From positions 704,001 to 768,000 of the forward strand of contig CBFIAK010000001.1 of NCBI GenBank assembly GCA_965660445.1: DNA of 64,000 bases. Direction: 5' to 3'. The notes under the pieces are model-generated. The model ran no database searches and was not told the origin of the DNA. It was given only the letters and a program-made list of their open reading frames with translations. This document shows positions 30,648 through 41,349 of the stretch, one piece after another. A program made the position numbers and the translations under genes. The DNA is from Patescibacteria group bacterium (GTDB lineage Bacteria > Patescibacteriota > Gracilibacteria > UBA4473). Each line of letters begins with the position of its first letter. Positions within the stretch are counted from its first letter, which is position 1.

Positions 30648-32654
30648 ATGACAACAACTTCACACACAAAAACAGCTCCAAATCCTTTTCACAAAAGACC
30701 AATACGGAATAAAACACAAGAAAAAAGACACACACAAAGACGACTTATATTCGGAGCCCTTATTATAGGAGTTCTTGGTTCTTTCCAAAACCTTATACAT
30801 GAAGATTTTTTGGAACTCTGGCGTGCGAGTGTCTTAGATTACGCTCCTATTGAGTTTACAGGAACTGTATCTCCTATTGAAAAAGTACCAAACTGGACAG
30901 AGCTTTCTGATGCAGAACGAACAATGAACTATGATCAGTTAAAATCTCGATCAAAGCTCATCCCTATTCCTCGTTACAATATAAGTATTATTCAAAAAGG
31001 AAAAAATTATAACGGTGGAAGTGATATGCAACGAAATACGTTCATTACTTATTCTGTCCCCTACATGGGAAACTATATGCTTGACGGAACTCAAAACAGT
31101 GGATCACATCCCGGAGTTGATATAAAAACACCTATAGGCACACCCGTTCGAAGTATTGCAAATGGGATTGTTCATAAAGCTGAGTTTAGTCAATATGGAT
31201 CAGGAAACTATGTGACCATTGCTCATCCGGGAATGCCAGATCCAGAAAACCCAAGTCAAACAACAACTCTCTTTTCTTCGTATGCACACTTATCTTCTTT
31301 CAGTGTGAAAGAGGGTGATCGAGTAACAAAAGGTGATATAATTGGAAAAACAGGAAACAGTGGAATGACAACCGCTCCACATTTGCATTTTCAAATCGAT
31401 CGAGAAGATGCTCCATTCTATCCATATTGGCCTTTTACCTGGAATGATTTACAAAAAGCGGGACTGGCTTCTTTCTTTGATGGAGTTAAAAACGGAGTAG
31501 GAGCACGAAATGCAATCAAATACACGTACAATCCCATAGATGTACTTCATGCATTTGAAAACTACCAAGACAATAATTTAGTAGTTTCAGCAGATCCTGA
31601 TTTTACACCAGAAAAACCCCAAAAACCGAAAAATCAAACAAACAAAGAAACTCCAGCAGAAGAGACCAAGCCAGTAGAAAAAACTGAACCTACAAAAGAA
31701 ACCGTTCAAATAACGGATTCGAATAACACTGAAAACACACAGACTGTACAAAAAGAAGTTAAGGAAGAAAAACCAAATACTCCAATCATAGAACAACAAA
31801 CAACACAGCGAGATAGACCTATAAAAATGAGAATTGATGAAAACGCGATTGTATTTGAAGACATACAAACATACATCCCCAATACACCACAACGAATAAA
31901 ACTGCTTATTAAAGAAGAGGATTTAATTGTCTCAAGCGAGCCAATTCAAGTTACAACAACACTGAGAGGTTTAAATGATGTAACACCAAAAACACTTACT
32001 CAAAAAGATTTTCGAGACGGTATTGCTGAAATAGAATTTCACCCACATAGCCAAAGTGATTTTCGATTCGTGGTACAAGGACCTTTTGGAGAAATAAAAT
32101 CAAACAGTATTCGTGCACAAATATTTAAAGACATTCCTCCGAGTCATCAATTTGCGAATGCTATTGAAAACTTAAAACAACAAAGAGTAATTGATGGATA
32201 CGAAGATGGAACATTTCGTCCACAAGGAACATTAAATCGTGCCGAGGCTGTGAAAATACTTATCAATGGAAATAATGTATCCCTTGCAAAAATGGAAGGA
32301 AGTCGGTTTTCAGATGTTCCCACTCAAGCTTGGTTTACAGATTTTGTAAACACTGCTTCTGAAAGAGGTATTATCAAAGGATACCCAGATGGCTTATTCC
32401 ATCCAGCAAAAGAAATATCACGAGCCGAGTTTTTAAAAGTAGCAATTCTTACACGAGGAATAAGCCCATCTACACCAACATCTGATCCCTATAGAGATGT
32501 AGGGAAAGATGAATGGTTTGCTCCTTATTTTGAGTTCAGCAAAACCCATTCTCTTCTACTTATAAAAGGAGATATTGCAGACCCCGCATTTCCTATTACC
32601 CGAGGAGAAGCAGCTTATATCATTGATAAACTCTCAAAACTAAACATTTTATAA
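30648..32654 (+). CDS. M23 peptidase with three C-terminal SLH domains
   Basis: HPGVD, YAHL, PHLHF; GYEDGTFRP..LNRAE and GYPDGLFHP..ISRAE. Confidence 0.92.
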   Translation: MTTTSHTKTAPNPFHKRPIRNKTQEKRHTQRRLIFGALIIGVLGSFQNLIHEDFLELWRASVLDYAPIEFTGTVSPIEKVPNWTELSDAERTMNYDQLKSRSKLIPIPRYNISIIQKGKNYNGGSDMQRNTFITYSVPYMGNYMLDGTQNSGSHPGVDIKTPIGTPVRSIANGIVHKAEFSQYGSGNYVTIAHPGMPDPENPSQTTTLFSSYAHLSSFSVKEGDRVTKGDIIGKTGNSGMTTAPHLHFQIDREDAPFYPYWPFTWNDLQKAGLASFFDGVKNGVGARNAIKYTYNPIDVLHAFENYQDNNLVVSADPDFTPEKPQKPKNQTNKETPAEETKPVEKTEPTKETVQITDSNNTENTQTVQKEVKEEKPNTPIIEQQTTQRDRPIKMRIDENAIVFEDIQTYIPNTPQRIKLLIKEEDLIVSSEPIQVTTTLRGLNDVTPKTLTQKDFRDGIAEIEFHPHSQSDFRFVVQGPFGEIKSNSIRAQIFKDIPPSHQFANAIENLKQQRVIDGYEDGTFRPQGTLNRAEAVKILINGNNVSLAKMEGSRFSDVPTQAWFTDFVNTASERGIIKGYPDGLFHPAKEISRAEFLKVAILTRGISPSTPTSDPYRDVGKDEWFAPYFEFSKTHSLLLIKGDIADPAFPITRGEAAYIIDKLSKLNIL

Positions 32655-32716
32655 CACCGAAATAACATCTGTTTACAGAATTTGACTTTTTACTAAAAAT
32701 ATATAGAAATAAGTTA

Positions 32717-33685
32717 ATGAAGAGATGTTATTTTGGTGTTTTTGTAATTATTACTCTGTTTTTCTTTCAGAGTGTTCAAGCACAATATTTTGAATTTGAA
32801 ACAGTACGAACACCACAAACTCCAGGGTTTTTCATGATTCGTATTTTTCCATTAGAAGGAAACAAGGCGCTTCAAACAACACCTGTATTTGTTCGAAATT
32901 ACGCGGAAAATAAAGCCTCATTATACACTCCATTGCTTCCCGTTATTCAAGAGATGGGTGGACGAATTATAGAAAAACAAGACGTATCGTTTTATGAAAA
33001 AGATCCACAGTACACCATCGTTTTTTTAGGAGATCAAGAAAAAGGATATGCATGGTTTCGATTATCTCCACAAGAAAATCCGCTTGAATCATTTGAAGTA
33101 TTTCAAGAAAATTTTTTACAAGACATTGTGTTACGAAATATTGAAGTAGAGTTTGGAGGAAATGTCTATGACATACTCCCCTCTTATATTCCACACGTAA
33201 CAAAAAACCCGATTACTCTTGTTGGAAAGTTTCAAAAAGATCAAAAAACTCGATTTCATATTCGAGGAGAAATAAGTGATGGAATTATCGAATCAACTGA
33301 GTTTTTACCATTTGATGAAAAAGAAAACGGAGACATTATGGCAACCGGTATTGAAGACATATGGGAACAAATGTGGAACGAAGAAAACATCGATCCTGTT
33401 GTAGAAACTGTTTCTTCTCAATGGTGGAGATGGAATAATAGTTTTCCGTTTTTACTGTTTGGTTTAGGAGTTTTATTTTTTGCATGGGGCATTCGAAGTA
33501 TTCAAAAACGAAGATCCTTTATGGATGACTTATGGGATCAAACGGATCTTCCCTCGCAAAAACAGCTGTATCATGAGATACAAAAAAACGAAACAAAAAA
33601 AATCCCTAAAGAGAGTCTCCCCAAAGACCTTTCTGATTCTGCTTCGCCCTTTGTAGATATACCTCAAACTCGTTCCGACGACTAA
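32717..33685 (+). CDS. Exported single-TM hypothetical protein
   Basis: Signal peptide, TM near residue 245. Confidence 0.7.
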   Translation: MKRCYFGVFVIITLFFFQSVQAQYFEFETVRTPQTPGFFMIRIFPLEGNKALQTTPVFVRNYAENKASLYTPLLPVIQEMGGRIIEKQDVSFYEKDPQYTIVFLGDQEKGYAWFRLSPQENPLESFEVFQENFLQDIVLRNIEVEFGGNVYDILPSYIPHVTKNPITLVGKFQKDQKTRFHIRGEISDGIIESTEFLPFDEKENGDIMATGIEDIWEQMWNEENIDPVVETVSSQWWRWNNSFPFLLFGLGVLFFAWGIRSIQKRRSFMDDLWDQTDLPSQKQLYHEIQKNETKKIPKESLPKDLSDSASPFVDIPQTRSDD

Positions 33686-34178
33686 ACGGAAAATAAAAAA
33701 GTCCACGAGCAAACCCATTTTCGATCAAAAAAGCATTTAAATCTATTCCAGAATCGGTAAATACATAGGCAAGTCTTCTTTGATAAGCATCAAATTCATC
33801 AGATTCTGGATCTGTAATTAAACACACCTTGTCCCCTTCTTGTATATGTTTTAATAATGCATAGGTTGCTGATAAAGCACCTCTTTGAATTGGTTTTCTC
33901 TCATCTTTAGATTCTGGGGTATCGATACCAATAAAACGAACTTTTTCGTTATTCTCTATTTCAATAGTATCTCCATCAATCACCCGCGCCACGTTATGCC
34001 AAAGACAATTATTTGGATAATGGGTTTCAGCAAAAGAGAAATCAACATATGTTTCATCGATTTCATTTTTTTCTTGTGGGAGAGGGATGAAATCATTGAT
34101 ATTTCGTTCATGAAGAACAATTCCACCACGTTCACAACCAAAAAGTAAAACTGATACAAAAAAGAGACGAAAAAACAT
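33606..34178 (-). CDS. Thermonuclease (SNase-like) lipoprotein
   Basis: LLFGC lipobox, RVIDGDT, VRFIGIDTPE, D.YQRRLAYV, KGLW. Confidence 0.92.
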   Translation of the reverse strand: MFFRLFFVSVLLFGCERGGIVLHERNINDFIPLPQEKNEIDETYVDFSFAETHYPNNCLWHNVARVIDGDTIEIENNEKVRFIGIDTPESKDERKPIQRGALSATYALLKHIQEGDKVCLITDPESDEFDAYQRRLAYVFTDSGIDLNAFLIENGFARGLFYFPFSRRNEFEVYLQRAKQNQKGLWGDSL

Positions 34179-34242
34179 TGATAATCCTCAAAAAAATTAT
34201 AGGATTATTCTACTGTAAAATTCAAAAAATAACGAAATAATC

Positions 34243-34968
34243 ATGCTTCATATTCAAAATATACATGCACAATGTGATGACAAAAAAATTATAAATGGTA
34301 TCTCTTTGCGGGTTGGAAAAGGTGAGATTCATGCTATACTCGGTCCTAATGGGGCAGGAAAATCAACGCTTGGGCACATTCTTTTAGGAAACCCAAAATT
34401 TGAAGTAACGCAAGGAGATATTGAATTCGAAGGTGTTTCGTGGAACACACTTGAACCATGGGAACGAGCTCGACAAGGATTTTTTTTATCGTTTCAATCG
34501 CCTCCGACTCTTGAAGGTGTACACACAAAAGAGTTTTTATTTGGAGCGAAGAAATCAATTGATAGTTCATTTCATTCAAGTTTTCGGTTTCAAAAAACGA
34601 TCGATACGTATTTACAAAGTATGCACTTAGACCCATCATTTAAAACGAGAGAACTCAACAAAGGCACCTCTGGAGGGGAAAAGAAAAAACTCGAAATTGT
34701 ATCGATGCTCGCACTCGAACCAAAACTAGCATTTTTAGATGAAATTGATTCTGGAATCGATGTTGATGCTTTAAAGAACATCGCTCAAAATATTTCCGAG
34801 TTTATGAAATCAGGCGAAAAGTCAATTATCATCATTACTCATACTGAAAAATTACTCTCTCTTATTCATCCTACACACGTTCATATTTTAAAAGACGGAG
34901 TATTTGAAAAATCTGGAGGGAAGGAGCTCATAGAAGAAGTTCACACACACGGATTTAATCGTTCATAA
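34243..34968 (+). CDS. sufC: Fe-S cluster assembly ATPase SufC
   Basis: GPNGAGKST, SGGEKKK, LDEIDSGIDVDA. Confidence 0.95.
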   Translation: MLHIQNIHAQCDDKKIINGISLRVGKGEIHAILGPNGAGKSTLGHILLGNPKFEVTQGDIEFEGVSWNTLEPWERARQGFFLSFQSPPTLEGVHTKEFLFGAKKSIDSSFHSSFRFQKTIDTYLQSMHLDPSFKTRELNKGTSGGEKKKLEIVSMLALEPKLAFLDEIDSGIDVDALKNIAQNISEFMKSGEKSIIIITHTEKLLSLIHPTHVHILKDGVFEKSGGKELIEEVHTHGFNRS

Positions 34969-34980
34969 TTATTTATTTTC

Positions 34981-36384
34981 ATGACACAAGTAACTTTTGA
35001 CACACTTCAGAGAGATGATCTTGATAAAGGAAACAACCAAGATTATGTACATCAGTTTGTAAAAGGATTAAATGAGTCAGTTGTTCGTATGATTTCACAA
35101 GACAAAAACGAACCAGAATGGCTTTTAGATATTCGATTACAAGCATTCAAAAAGTTTGAGAAAATGCCTATGCCTCAATGGGGGCCTGATATTCATAAAT
35201 TGGATTTTTCGGATATTCGGTTCTTTTCAAAAGCAACTGATCAGATACATAAAAAAACATGGGATGATGTACCAGAAGATATTAAGCGCACCTTTGAACG
35301 ACTAAAGATTCCTGAAGCTGAACGAAAAGTATTAGCGGGAGTCGGCGCTCAGTATGAATCAGAAAATGTATACCACAATCTCAAAGAACAATGGACCCAA
35401 AAAGGGGTTATTTTTGAAGATTTTGATAAGGCTGTCCAATTACATCCAGAACTGGTACAACAATATTTTACTCGTTCAGTGCCTATCAATGATCATAAGT
35501 TTGCAGCATTACATTATGCTGTTTTTTCAGGGGGCACGTTTTTATATGTTCCAAAAGGAGTAAGAGTCGATCAACCATTGCAGTCTTATTTTCGAATGAA
35601 TTCAATGAATCAGGGACAATTTGAACACACTCTTATTATTATTGAAGAAGAAGCAGATGCTCATTACATTGAAGGATGTTCGGCACCAAAATACGGATCT
35701 CAATCACTACATGCAGGATGCGTGGAGGTATTTGTACACAAAAGTGGAAAAATGAGGTATTCGTCGGTTGAAAACTGGTCGGAAGACACGTATAACCTCA
35801 ACACAAAACGAGCCATTGTGCATGAAAATGGGGCTATGGATTGGGTTGGTGGAAATTTAGGATCAGGGGTAACGATGCTGTATCCGTGTTCAGTGCTTGT
35901 AGGTAATAACGCACAATGTGAACACTTAGGTATTGCGTTTGCGTCTACCAATCAAAACCAAGACACGGGAGCAAAGATTATTATCAGTGGAAAAAACTGT
36001 AAAGGAACAGTTATTAGCAAAAGCATTGCTCAAAAAGGAGGTATTAGCACCTATAGGGGGTTGGTGAAAATCAACAAGCATGCAGACAATGCGACCCTGA
36101 ATATTGAATGTGATGCCTTAATGATGGATCGAGAATCAGTATCTGACACGATTCCACACATAGAATGTGAAAACAGCAGTGCTTCTATCACTCATGAAGC
36201 CAGTGCGGGGAAAATGGATCCTGATATTTTACTCTATTATCAATCACGGGGGTATGATACAGAAAAAGCAAAAAGCATGATTGTGAATGGATTCTTTAGT
36301 GAAGTAGTAAGAACACTTCCTTTAGAATATGCCGTGGAACTGAATCGACTTATGGAATTAGAAATGGAAGGGAGTGTTGGATAA
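34981..36384 (+). CDS. sufB: Fe-S cluster assembly protein SufB
   Basis: GVGAQYESE, GQFEHTLI, EGCSAP, HEASAG, LEMEGSVG. Confidence 0.97.
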   Translation: MTQVTFDTLQRDDLDKGNNQDYVHQFVKGLNESVVRMISQDKNEPEWLLDIRLQAFKKFEKMPMPQWGPDIHKLDFSDIRFFSKATDQIHKKTWDDVPEDIKRTFERLKIPEAERKVLAGVGAQYESENVYHNLKEQWTQKGVIFEDFDKAVQLHPELVQQYFTRSVPINDHKFAALHYAVFSGGTFLYVPKGVRVDQPLQSYFRMNSMNQGQFEHTLIIIEEEADAHYIEGCSAPKYGSQSLHAGCVEVFVHKSGKMRYSSVENWSEDTYNLNTKRAIVHENGAMDWVGGNLGSGVTMLYPCSVLVGNNAQCEHLGIAFASTNQNQDTGAKIIISGKNCKGTVISKSIAQKGGISTYRGLVKINKHADNATLNIECDALMMDRESVSDTIPHIECENSSASITHEASAGKMDPDILLYYQSRGYDTEKAKSMIVNGFFSEVVRTLPLEYAVELNRLMELEMEGSVG

Positions 36385-36429
36385 ACTGTATAGAGAAGAT
36401 ATATTTTTAATTTTTAAGAGCGTATACAT

Positions 36430-36960
36430 ATGAAACTCATAAATCCCGAAGGTAAAAAAATCATTGAAATACAAGACACAACCCCACTCCACATAAAACT
36501 CGAAGATTACAGTGAGGAAAATCGGTCGTTTCAATTGATTATAAAACTCAAAAGCGAAGGGGCTTCTTGCGTAGTAGAAGGACGCATACAAGCCAAATCA
36601 AACGCACAAAAATCATGGACGGTTCATCAGGTATTTGAAAACAAAGACCAAAAAGGAGTTATTGTCTTACGAGGTGTATCCGAAGAAAAAGGGGTAATCG
36701 AACTCAATGGGGCAGGGATTTTAATGTCGAGTTCTCAAAATTGTGATGCACGCGTGGAAGAAAAAATTTTATTATTCGATGAAGGCCGTGGGCGGATGCT
36801 ACCGGTATTAACCGTTAAAACAAATGAAGTTGGAAGTGCATCACACAGTGCATCACTCACTCCTATTAACGAAGAAATACTACTCTATGCACAATCGAGG
36901 GGATATGATCTGAATACAGCAAAAGAAATGATTAAAAACGGATTTTTATCATTTAAATAA
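36430..36960 (+). CDS. sufD: SufD-like protein (short)
   Basis: P.L.V...EV..ASHSAS....E..LLYAQSRG; follows sufB. Confidence 0.8.
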   Translation: MKLINPEGKKIIEIQDTTPLHIKLEDYSEENRSFQLIIKLKSEGASCVVEGRIQAKSNAQKSWTVHQVFENKDQKGVIVLRGVSEEKGVIELNGAGILMSSSQNCDARVEEKILLFDEGRGRMLPVLTVKTNEVGSASHSASLTPINEEILLYAQSRGYDLNTAKEMIKNGFLSFK

Positions 36961-37204
36961 GAATTTTATTGACAAACATACAAATGAGTGATAAAAAGTA
37001 AAAGCATATATATATACTTTTACTTTTGTTCTCTTTCACACTCATAGTACAGTGAATATTTATAATTAATTATTTAAAACGTATATATATTGCACTCTTG
37101 AGAGGTTTTGTTCGTTATTTATTACTCCAAAACGATATTTAACACAAAACCTCTCTTCTTTTTATTGTTCTTTTTTATCAATCCAAAAAAGCGAGGAGGA
37201 TTAA

Positions 37205-37345
37205 ATGGCAGAAAAACAAAAAACACCAAAAAATTTTTATTTTTGGGCAAGTATTATATTTGGTGCTTACGTATTTCTCATGATAATATCTATTCTGTTT
37301 TCTGGAATATTTGATATTCCAGAAGTTTTGACAAGATTTTTTTAG
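37205..37345 (+). CDS. 46-aa single-TM small protein (below ORF-track cutoff, SD-led)
   Basis: GAGGAGG 37193-37199; MAEKQKTPKNFYFWASIIFGAYVFLMIISILFSGIFDIPEVLTRFF*; terminator follows. Confidence 0.7.
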   Translation: MAEKQKTPKNFYFWASIIFGAYVFLMIISILFSGIFDIPEVLTRFF

Positions 37346-37353
37346 AACAATAT

Positions 37354-37387
37354 ATCACTTCATAGAAATATGAAGTGATTTTTTTTT
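37354..37387 (+). terminator. Intrinsic terminator
   Basis: atcacttcata-gaaa-tatgaagtgat plus T8. Confidence 0.85.
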
Positions 37388-37450
37388 GACACTCTTTAAT
37401 TTTTTTCTAAGATATTGGAGTTGTTTTTAGAGTTGTCTTCGACAACAAAC

Positions 37451-37527
<77 letters not shown>

Positions 37528-37683
37528 TAAAAAAATCGGTACCCTTTACGGGTAGCGATGTTTTTATATTGTATATGGACTTTGAACGAGCGGTCTCTGA
37601 ACGTATCAGAATGAGTCTTTAGTTGTTCATTTAAACCAGAAAAAATTGAGCAACGCGAAATAATTTTTTCTAGGAATAAATAG

Positions 37684-38058
<375 letters not shown>

Positions 38059-38133
38059 TAAATAATAAAAGAGAATAAAATTTAAAACATAATTTTATTT
38101 TTTGGAATATGGAATTTATTTATAATAGAAAAG

Positions 38134-38553
38134 ATGAAAATTTATTTTGCTGGTTCCATTCGTGCAGGGCGTGAAGACGCCCCATTATATCAATTCCTGA
38201 TTCATCATATGTCTCAGAACCACACCGTGCTTACGGAACACATTGGGGATATATCTCTGGGAAATATGGGAGAATCAATAAAAAGAGATATTGATATTTA
38301 CAACCGAGATGTTTCATGGATAGAAGAATCTGACGTTATTGTAGCAGAAGTGAGCACTCCCTCTTTAGGTGTTGGATACGAAATTGGAATAAGTGAGAAA
38401 CTCAAAAAACCAGTTTTGTGTCTATTTCGTACACAAAACGAAGGAAAAAAACTTTCAGCCATGATACAAGGAAACCAATATATAAAAGTTGAACAATATA
38501 AGACCAAAGAAGAAGCAATACAGGTTATTGATCTCTTTTTAAACAGTTTATAG
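38134..38553 (+). CDS. Nucleoside 2-deoxyribosyltransferase / DNPH1(Rcl)-like N-glycosidase
   Basis: IYFAGSIRAGR, VLTEH, IYNRD, PSLGVGYE, LSAMI.G. Confidence 0.9.
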   Translation: MKIYFAGSIRAGREDAPLYQFLIHHMSQNHTVLTEHIGDISLGNMGESIKRDIDIYNRDVSWIEESDVIVAEVSTPSLGVGYEIGISEKLKKPVLCLFRTQNEGKKLSAMIQGNQYIKVEQYKTKEEAIQVIDLFLNSL

Positions 38554-38562
38554 AATACTTTC

Positions 38563-39072
38563 ATGTTTAGAAAAGGAAGCATCATTGCCTACCCAACCGA
38601 TACGAGTTTTGGACTTGGTGTTCGTGCTGACGACTCACAAACACTTGAGCGATTATACATTCTTAAAAAACGACCAATTCAAAAATATATATCACTTATG
38701 GTTCGTGACTGGGAAATGCTTGAAAAATTCGCTTTTATCCCAAAAACACTTTCTAAAGATTTATTCTTTAATACTCCTTACACGGCTCTTTTAAAACCAA
38801 AACCAATACTCCCCTCTTCTCCGTTTTGGGATTCTGAAAAAGTAGGGTTTCGTATATGCACTATTGAGGAAGTCGCTCGTTATATAACCTACCCTATAAC
38901 GGCTACTTCAGCGAATATATCAGGAGAGACGTCTTTGTTTTCAGAAAAAGATATACACACTTTTTTTGGAGATAAAATAGAAGTTTTATCAACACATCTG
39001 CATACACTTACTCCCCTTCCCCCTTCACAGATATGGGATCACACCGTTGATCCACTTCATCGGATTCGTTAA
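38563..39072 (+). CDS. tsaC: L-threonylcarbamoyladenylate synthase (TsaC/YrdC)
   Basis: YPTDT.FGL, K.RP, TATSANISG. Confidence 0.88.
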   Translation: MFRKGSIIAYPTDTSFGLGVRADDSQTLERLYILKKRPIQKYISLMVRDWEMLEKFAFIPKTLSKDLFFNTPYTALLKPKPILPSSPFWDSEKVGFRICTIEEVARYITYPITATSANISGETSLFSEKDIHTFFGDKIEVLSTHLHTLTPLPPSQIWDHTVDPLHRIR

Positions 39073-39136
39073 AAAAAATTGCATTTTGAACACAAAAAAA
39101 ATAGAATATCAAACGTAAAATTATCTATTAGACTTT

Positions 39137-40027
39137 ATGAATTTTGCTGAATTTCTTGCCCCCTTTATCCGAAGAAAAAACCAGTTTCTTATTAGTTTTT
39201 TTCTTGTGTTTGGGTTTTGCATGAGTGTATTTTTTATGCTTCCTCAAACAGAACGAACAACACTTTATTTTTCACTCAAACCACTGACCACCAATAGTGA
39301 TTCTTATGTACTCTCAAATGGTATAGAAGAAGGAAGTAAAGTAGCAGAAACTATTGCTGGATGGGCAAAGAATCCTGGATTTCGACAAGATATTTTAAAA
39401 GAAGCGAATCTTGATATTCCAAAATTCAAACGAAAACTTTCAGCACAACGTCAAAACAGACTCAATGTGTTTTGGACTCTGAAGCTGAGCGGAAAAGAGA
39501 CGCAGTATTCAGACGAAATCACAGAAGCATTAACAACGGTTCTGGATAGAAACATGGCTGAGTTTAACGATAACAATGCGTTCCCATTTGGGTATTCTGA
39601 ACCAAGTTTGTTTCAAGAAAAACGACCTATTCCACTTTCTTTACAAATTATTATCAGTCTTTCTATTGCTTTTATGGGAAGTTTGTTTGGGTTCTTTATT
39701 ATTGCAAGCATACAAGAACGACTTTTATTCACGAGTCAAATACGAGACTTGTTCCCAAAAAGTCCAATATTAAACATAAAAACAGAAATTGGATCACATG
39801 ATGAAGTTTTGCTGAAATATTTCTTATCAACGTTTCCAAACCCTCAATTACTTGGTGGGTTTAAAGAAGCTGAAAAGTTTTTTGATTTACAAACACTTCA
39901 AACACTCCAAAGAGAATCTGATACCCCTGTTATTTTAGTGCGATTATGGGACACAAAACGAGAAGACTTAGAAAACTTTAAAGCATTATTTGATGATAAT
40001 GTTGCTTTTATTCTTTTTGAACGATAA
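39137..40027 (+). CDS. Wzz/polysaccharide co-polymerase-like membrane protein
   Basis: Two TMs flanking an extracytoplasmic domain, Pro before TM2; weak similarity by eye. Confidence 0.5.
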   Translation: MNFAEFLAPFIRRKNQFLISFFLVFGFCMSVFFMLPQTERTTLYFSLKPLTTNSDSYVLSNGIEEGSKVAETIAGWAKNPGFRQDILKEANLDIPKFKRKLSAQRQNRLNVFWTLKLSGKETQYSDEITEALTTVLDRNMAEFNDNNAFPFGYSEPSLFQEKRPIPLSLQIIISLSIAFMGSLFGFFIIASIQERLLFTSQIRDLFPKSPILNIKTEIGSHDEVLLKYFLSTFPNPQLLGGFKEAEKFFDLQTLQTLQRESDTPVILVRLWDTKREDLENFKALFDDNVAFILFER

Positions 40028-40029
40028 AA

Positions 40030-40494
40030 ATGCCACGAAAAAAAACACCTCAGTTTGGTGATATTATTTTCTTTCACCCTCGAAGTTTAAAAAGTAAGAT
40101 CATTACGCATTTTGATGATGGAGACTGGTCTCATGTAGGGCTTGTGCTTGATATATATGAATCAAGAATCCTTTTTATAGAAAGTCATTGGGACGGAGTA
40201 CGAATACAGCTACTTGATGAAACATCACAAAATTTTACTATCGTTCCCGCACCCGTAAAAATAAAAAAATCAAAACAGGAGTTACTTCAATTTGTAGGAA
40301 AAAAATATGATTACAAACACTTGGTATCTATGGGGCTTCATTTAGGAAGTCGAAAACGAATAAAACTCCGATCCACCAACGAAGATCAATTAATCTGTAG
40401 TGAACTGGTAAACTGGGTCTATGATTACACATTGAGTCCAAAAGGAGAAGCTACTCCAAACTCTATTTATCGTTTTCTTACACAAAAGACCTAA
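40030..40494 (+). CDS. Permuted papain-like (YiiX/NlpC-P60) amidase
   Basis: GDIIF, WSHVG, GKKYD, ICSELV. Confidence 0.85.
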   Translation: MPRKKTPQFGDIIFFHPRSLKSKIITHFDDGDWSHVGLVLDIYESRILFIESHWDGVRIQLLDETSQNFTIVPAPVKIKKSKQELLQFVGKKYDYKHLVSMGLHLGSRKRIKLRSTNEDQLICSELVNWVYDYTLSPKGEATPNSIYRFLTQKT

Positions 40495-40503
40495 ACTTAT
40501 TTC

Positions 40504-41349
40504 ATGACCAATTTTTTCAAGGACAGACAACTTTTAATTGCGAGTATGCATGAAAAAGAACGAGTTCTTCAACCATTATGTGAAACTCATTTAGGGGTTT
40601 CTTGTCGTGTTGTAGAAGGATTTAATACTGATGTTTTTGGAAGTTTTACAGGCATACCTCCACGAAAGGAATCACCAAAGAAAACACTGAAGCAAAAAAT
40701 AGAAACGGCTCTTGATTTGTTTGGGTATGATCTTGGTATTGGCAGTGAAGGAAGTTTTTATCCGTCCCCCGCGACTCCTTTTGCCACACAAAATACAGAG
40801 ACGATTATGATTATTGATAGAAAAAATAATATCAGTATTGATGAATCGTTTACAACACTGAAAACAAACGCGAACCAAAAAAAAGCATACTCTTTGGAAG
40901 AAGCTTTTGAGTTTGCTCGGCAAATCGGATTTCCTGACCATGGAATACACATACGTCCGAAAAAAAATGCTTCAAAAATATATCATATTGTTGATGAAGA
41001 AATGCTCAAAGAAACAGTGCAACACATTCTGTCTCACTGGTTTCAGTCTTCTTTTTGGATTGAAACAGATATGAGAGCACATAAAAACCCAACTCGCATG
41101 GTTGCTATTGAAGAAGCGATGAAATCACTCCTTAAAAAACTTTCTTATCATTGTCCTGAATGTAGAACTCCGGGATTTGGCGTACAAGAAAAAAAACAAG
41201 GGCTTCCTTGCTCATGGTGTGGAAAAGAAACTGTTGAGACACGGTTTGAAATCTCTCAATGTGTCAAATGCGATCATACAAAAATATATGACAAAACGAA
41301 TGATGGTTTCTATGCAGACCCCGCACAGTGTGAACACTGTAATCCTTAA
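40504..41349 (+). CDS. DUF6671-like protein with C-terminal Cys clusters
   Basis: MHEKE, TDVFGSF, SEGSF, ETDMRAHKNPTRM, CPEC, CEHCNP. Confidence 0.8.
   Translation: MTNFFKDRQLLIASMHEKERVLQPLCETHLGVSCRVVEGFNTDVFGSFTGIPPRKESPKKTLKQKIETALDLFGYDLGIGSEGSFYPSPATPFATQNTETIMIIDRKNNISIDESFTTLKTNANQKKAYSLEEAFEFARQIGFPDHGIHIRPKKNASKIYHIVDEEMLKETVQHILSHWFQSSFWIETDMRAHKNPTRMVAIEEAMKSLLKKLSYHCPECRTPGFGVQEKKQGLPCSWCGKETVETRFEISQCVKCDHTKIYDKTNDGFYADPAQCEHCNP

Noticed and set aside
37108-37314. 68-aa ORF from the track
   Set aside because: The alternative frame 37205-37345 has an SD, an ATG, a TM helix and a terminator.
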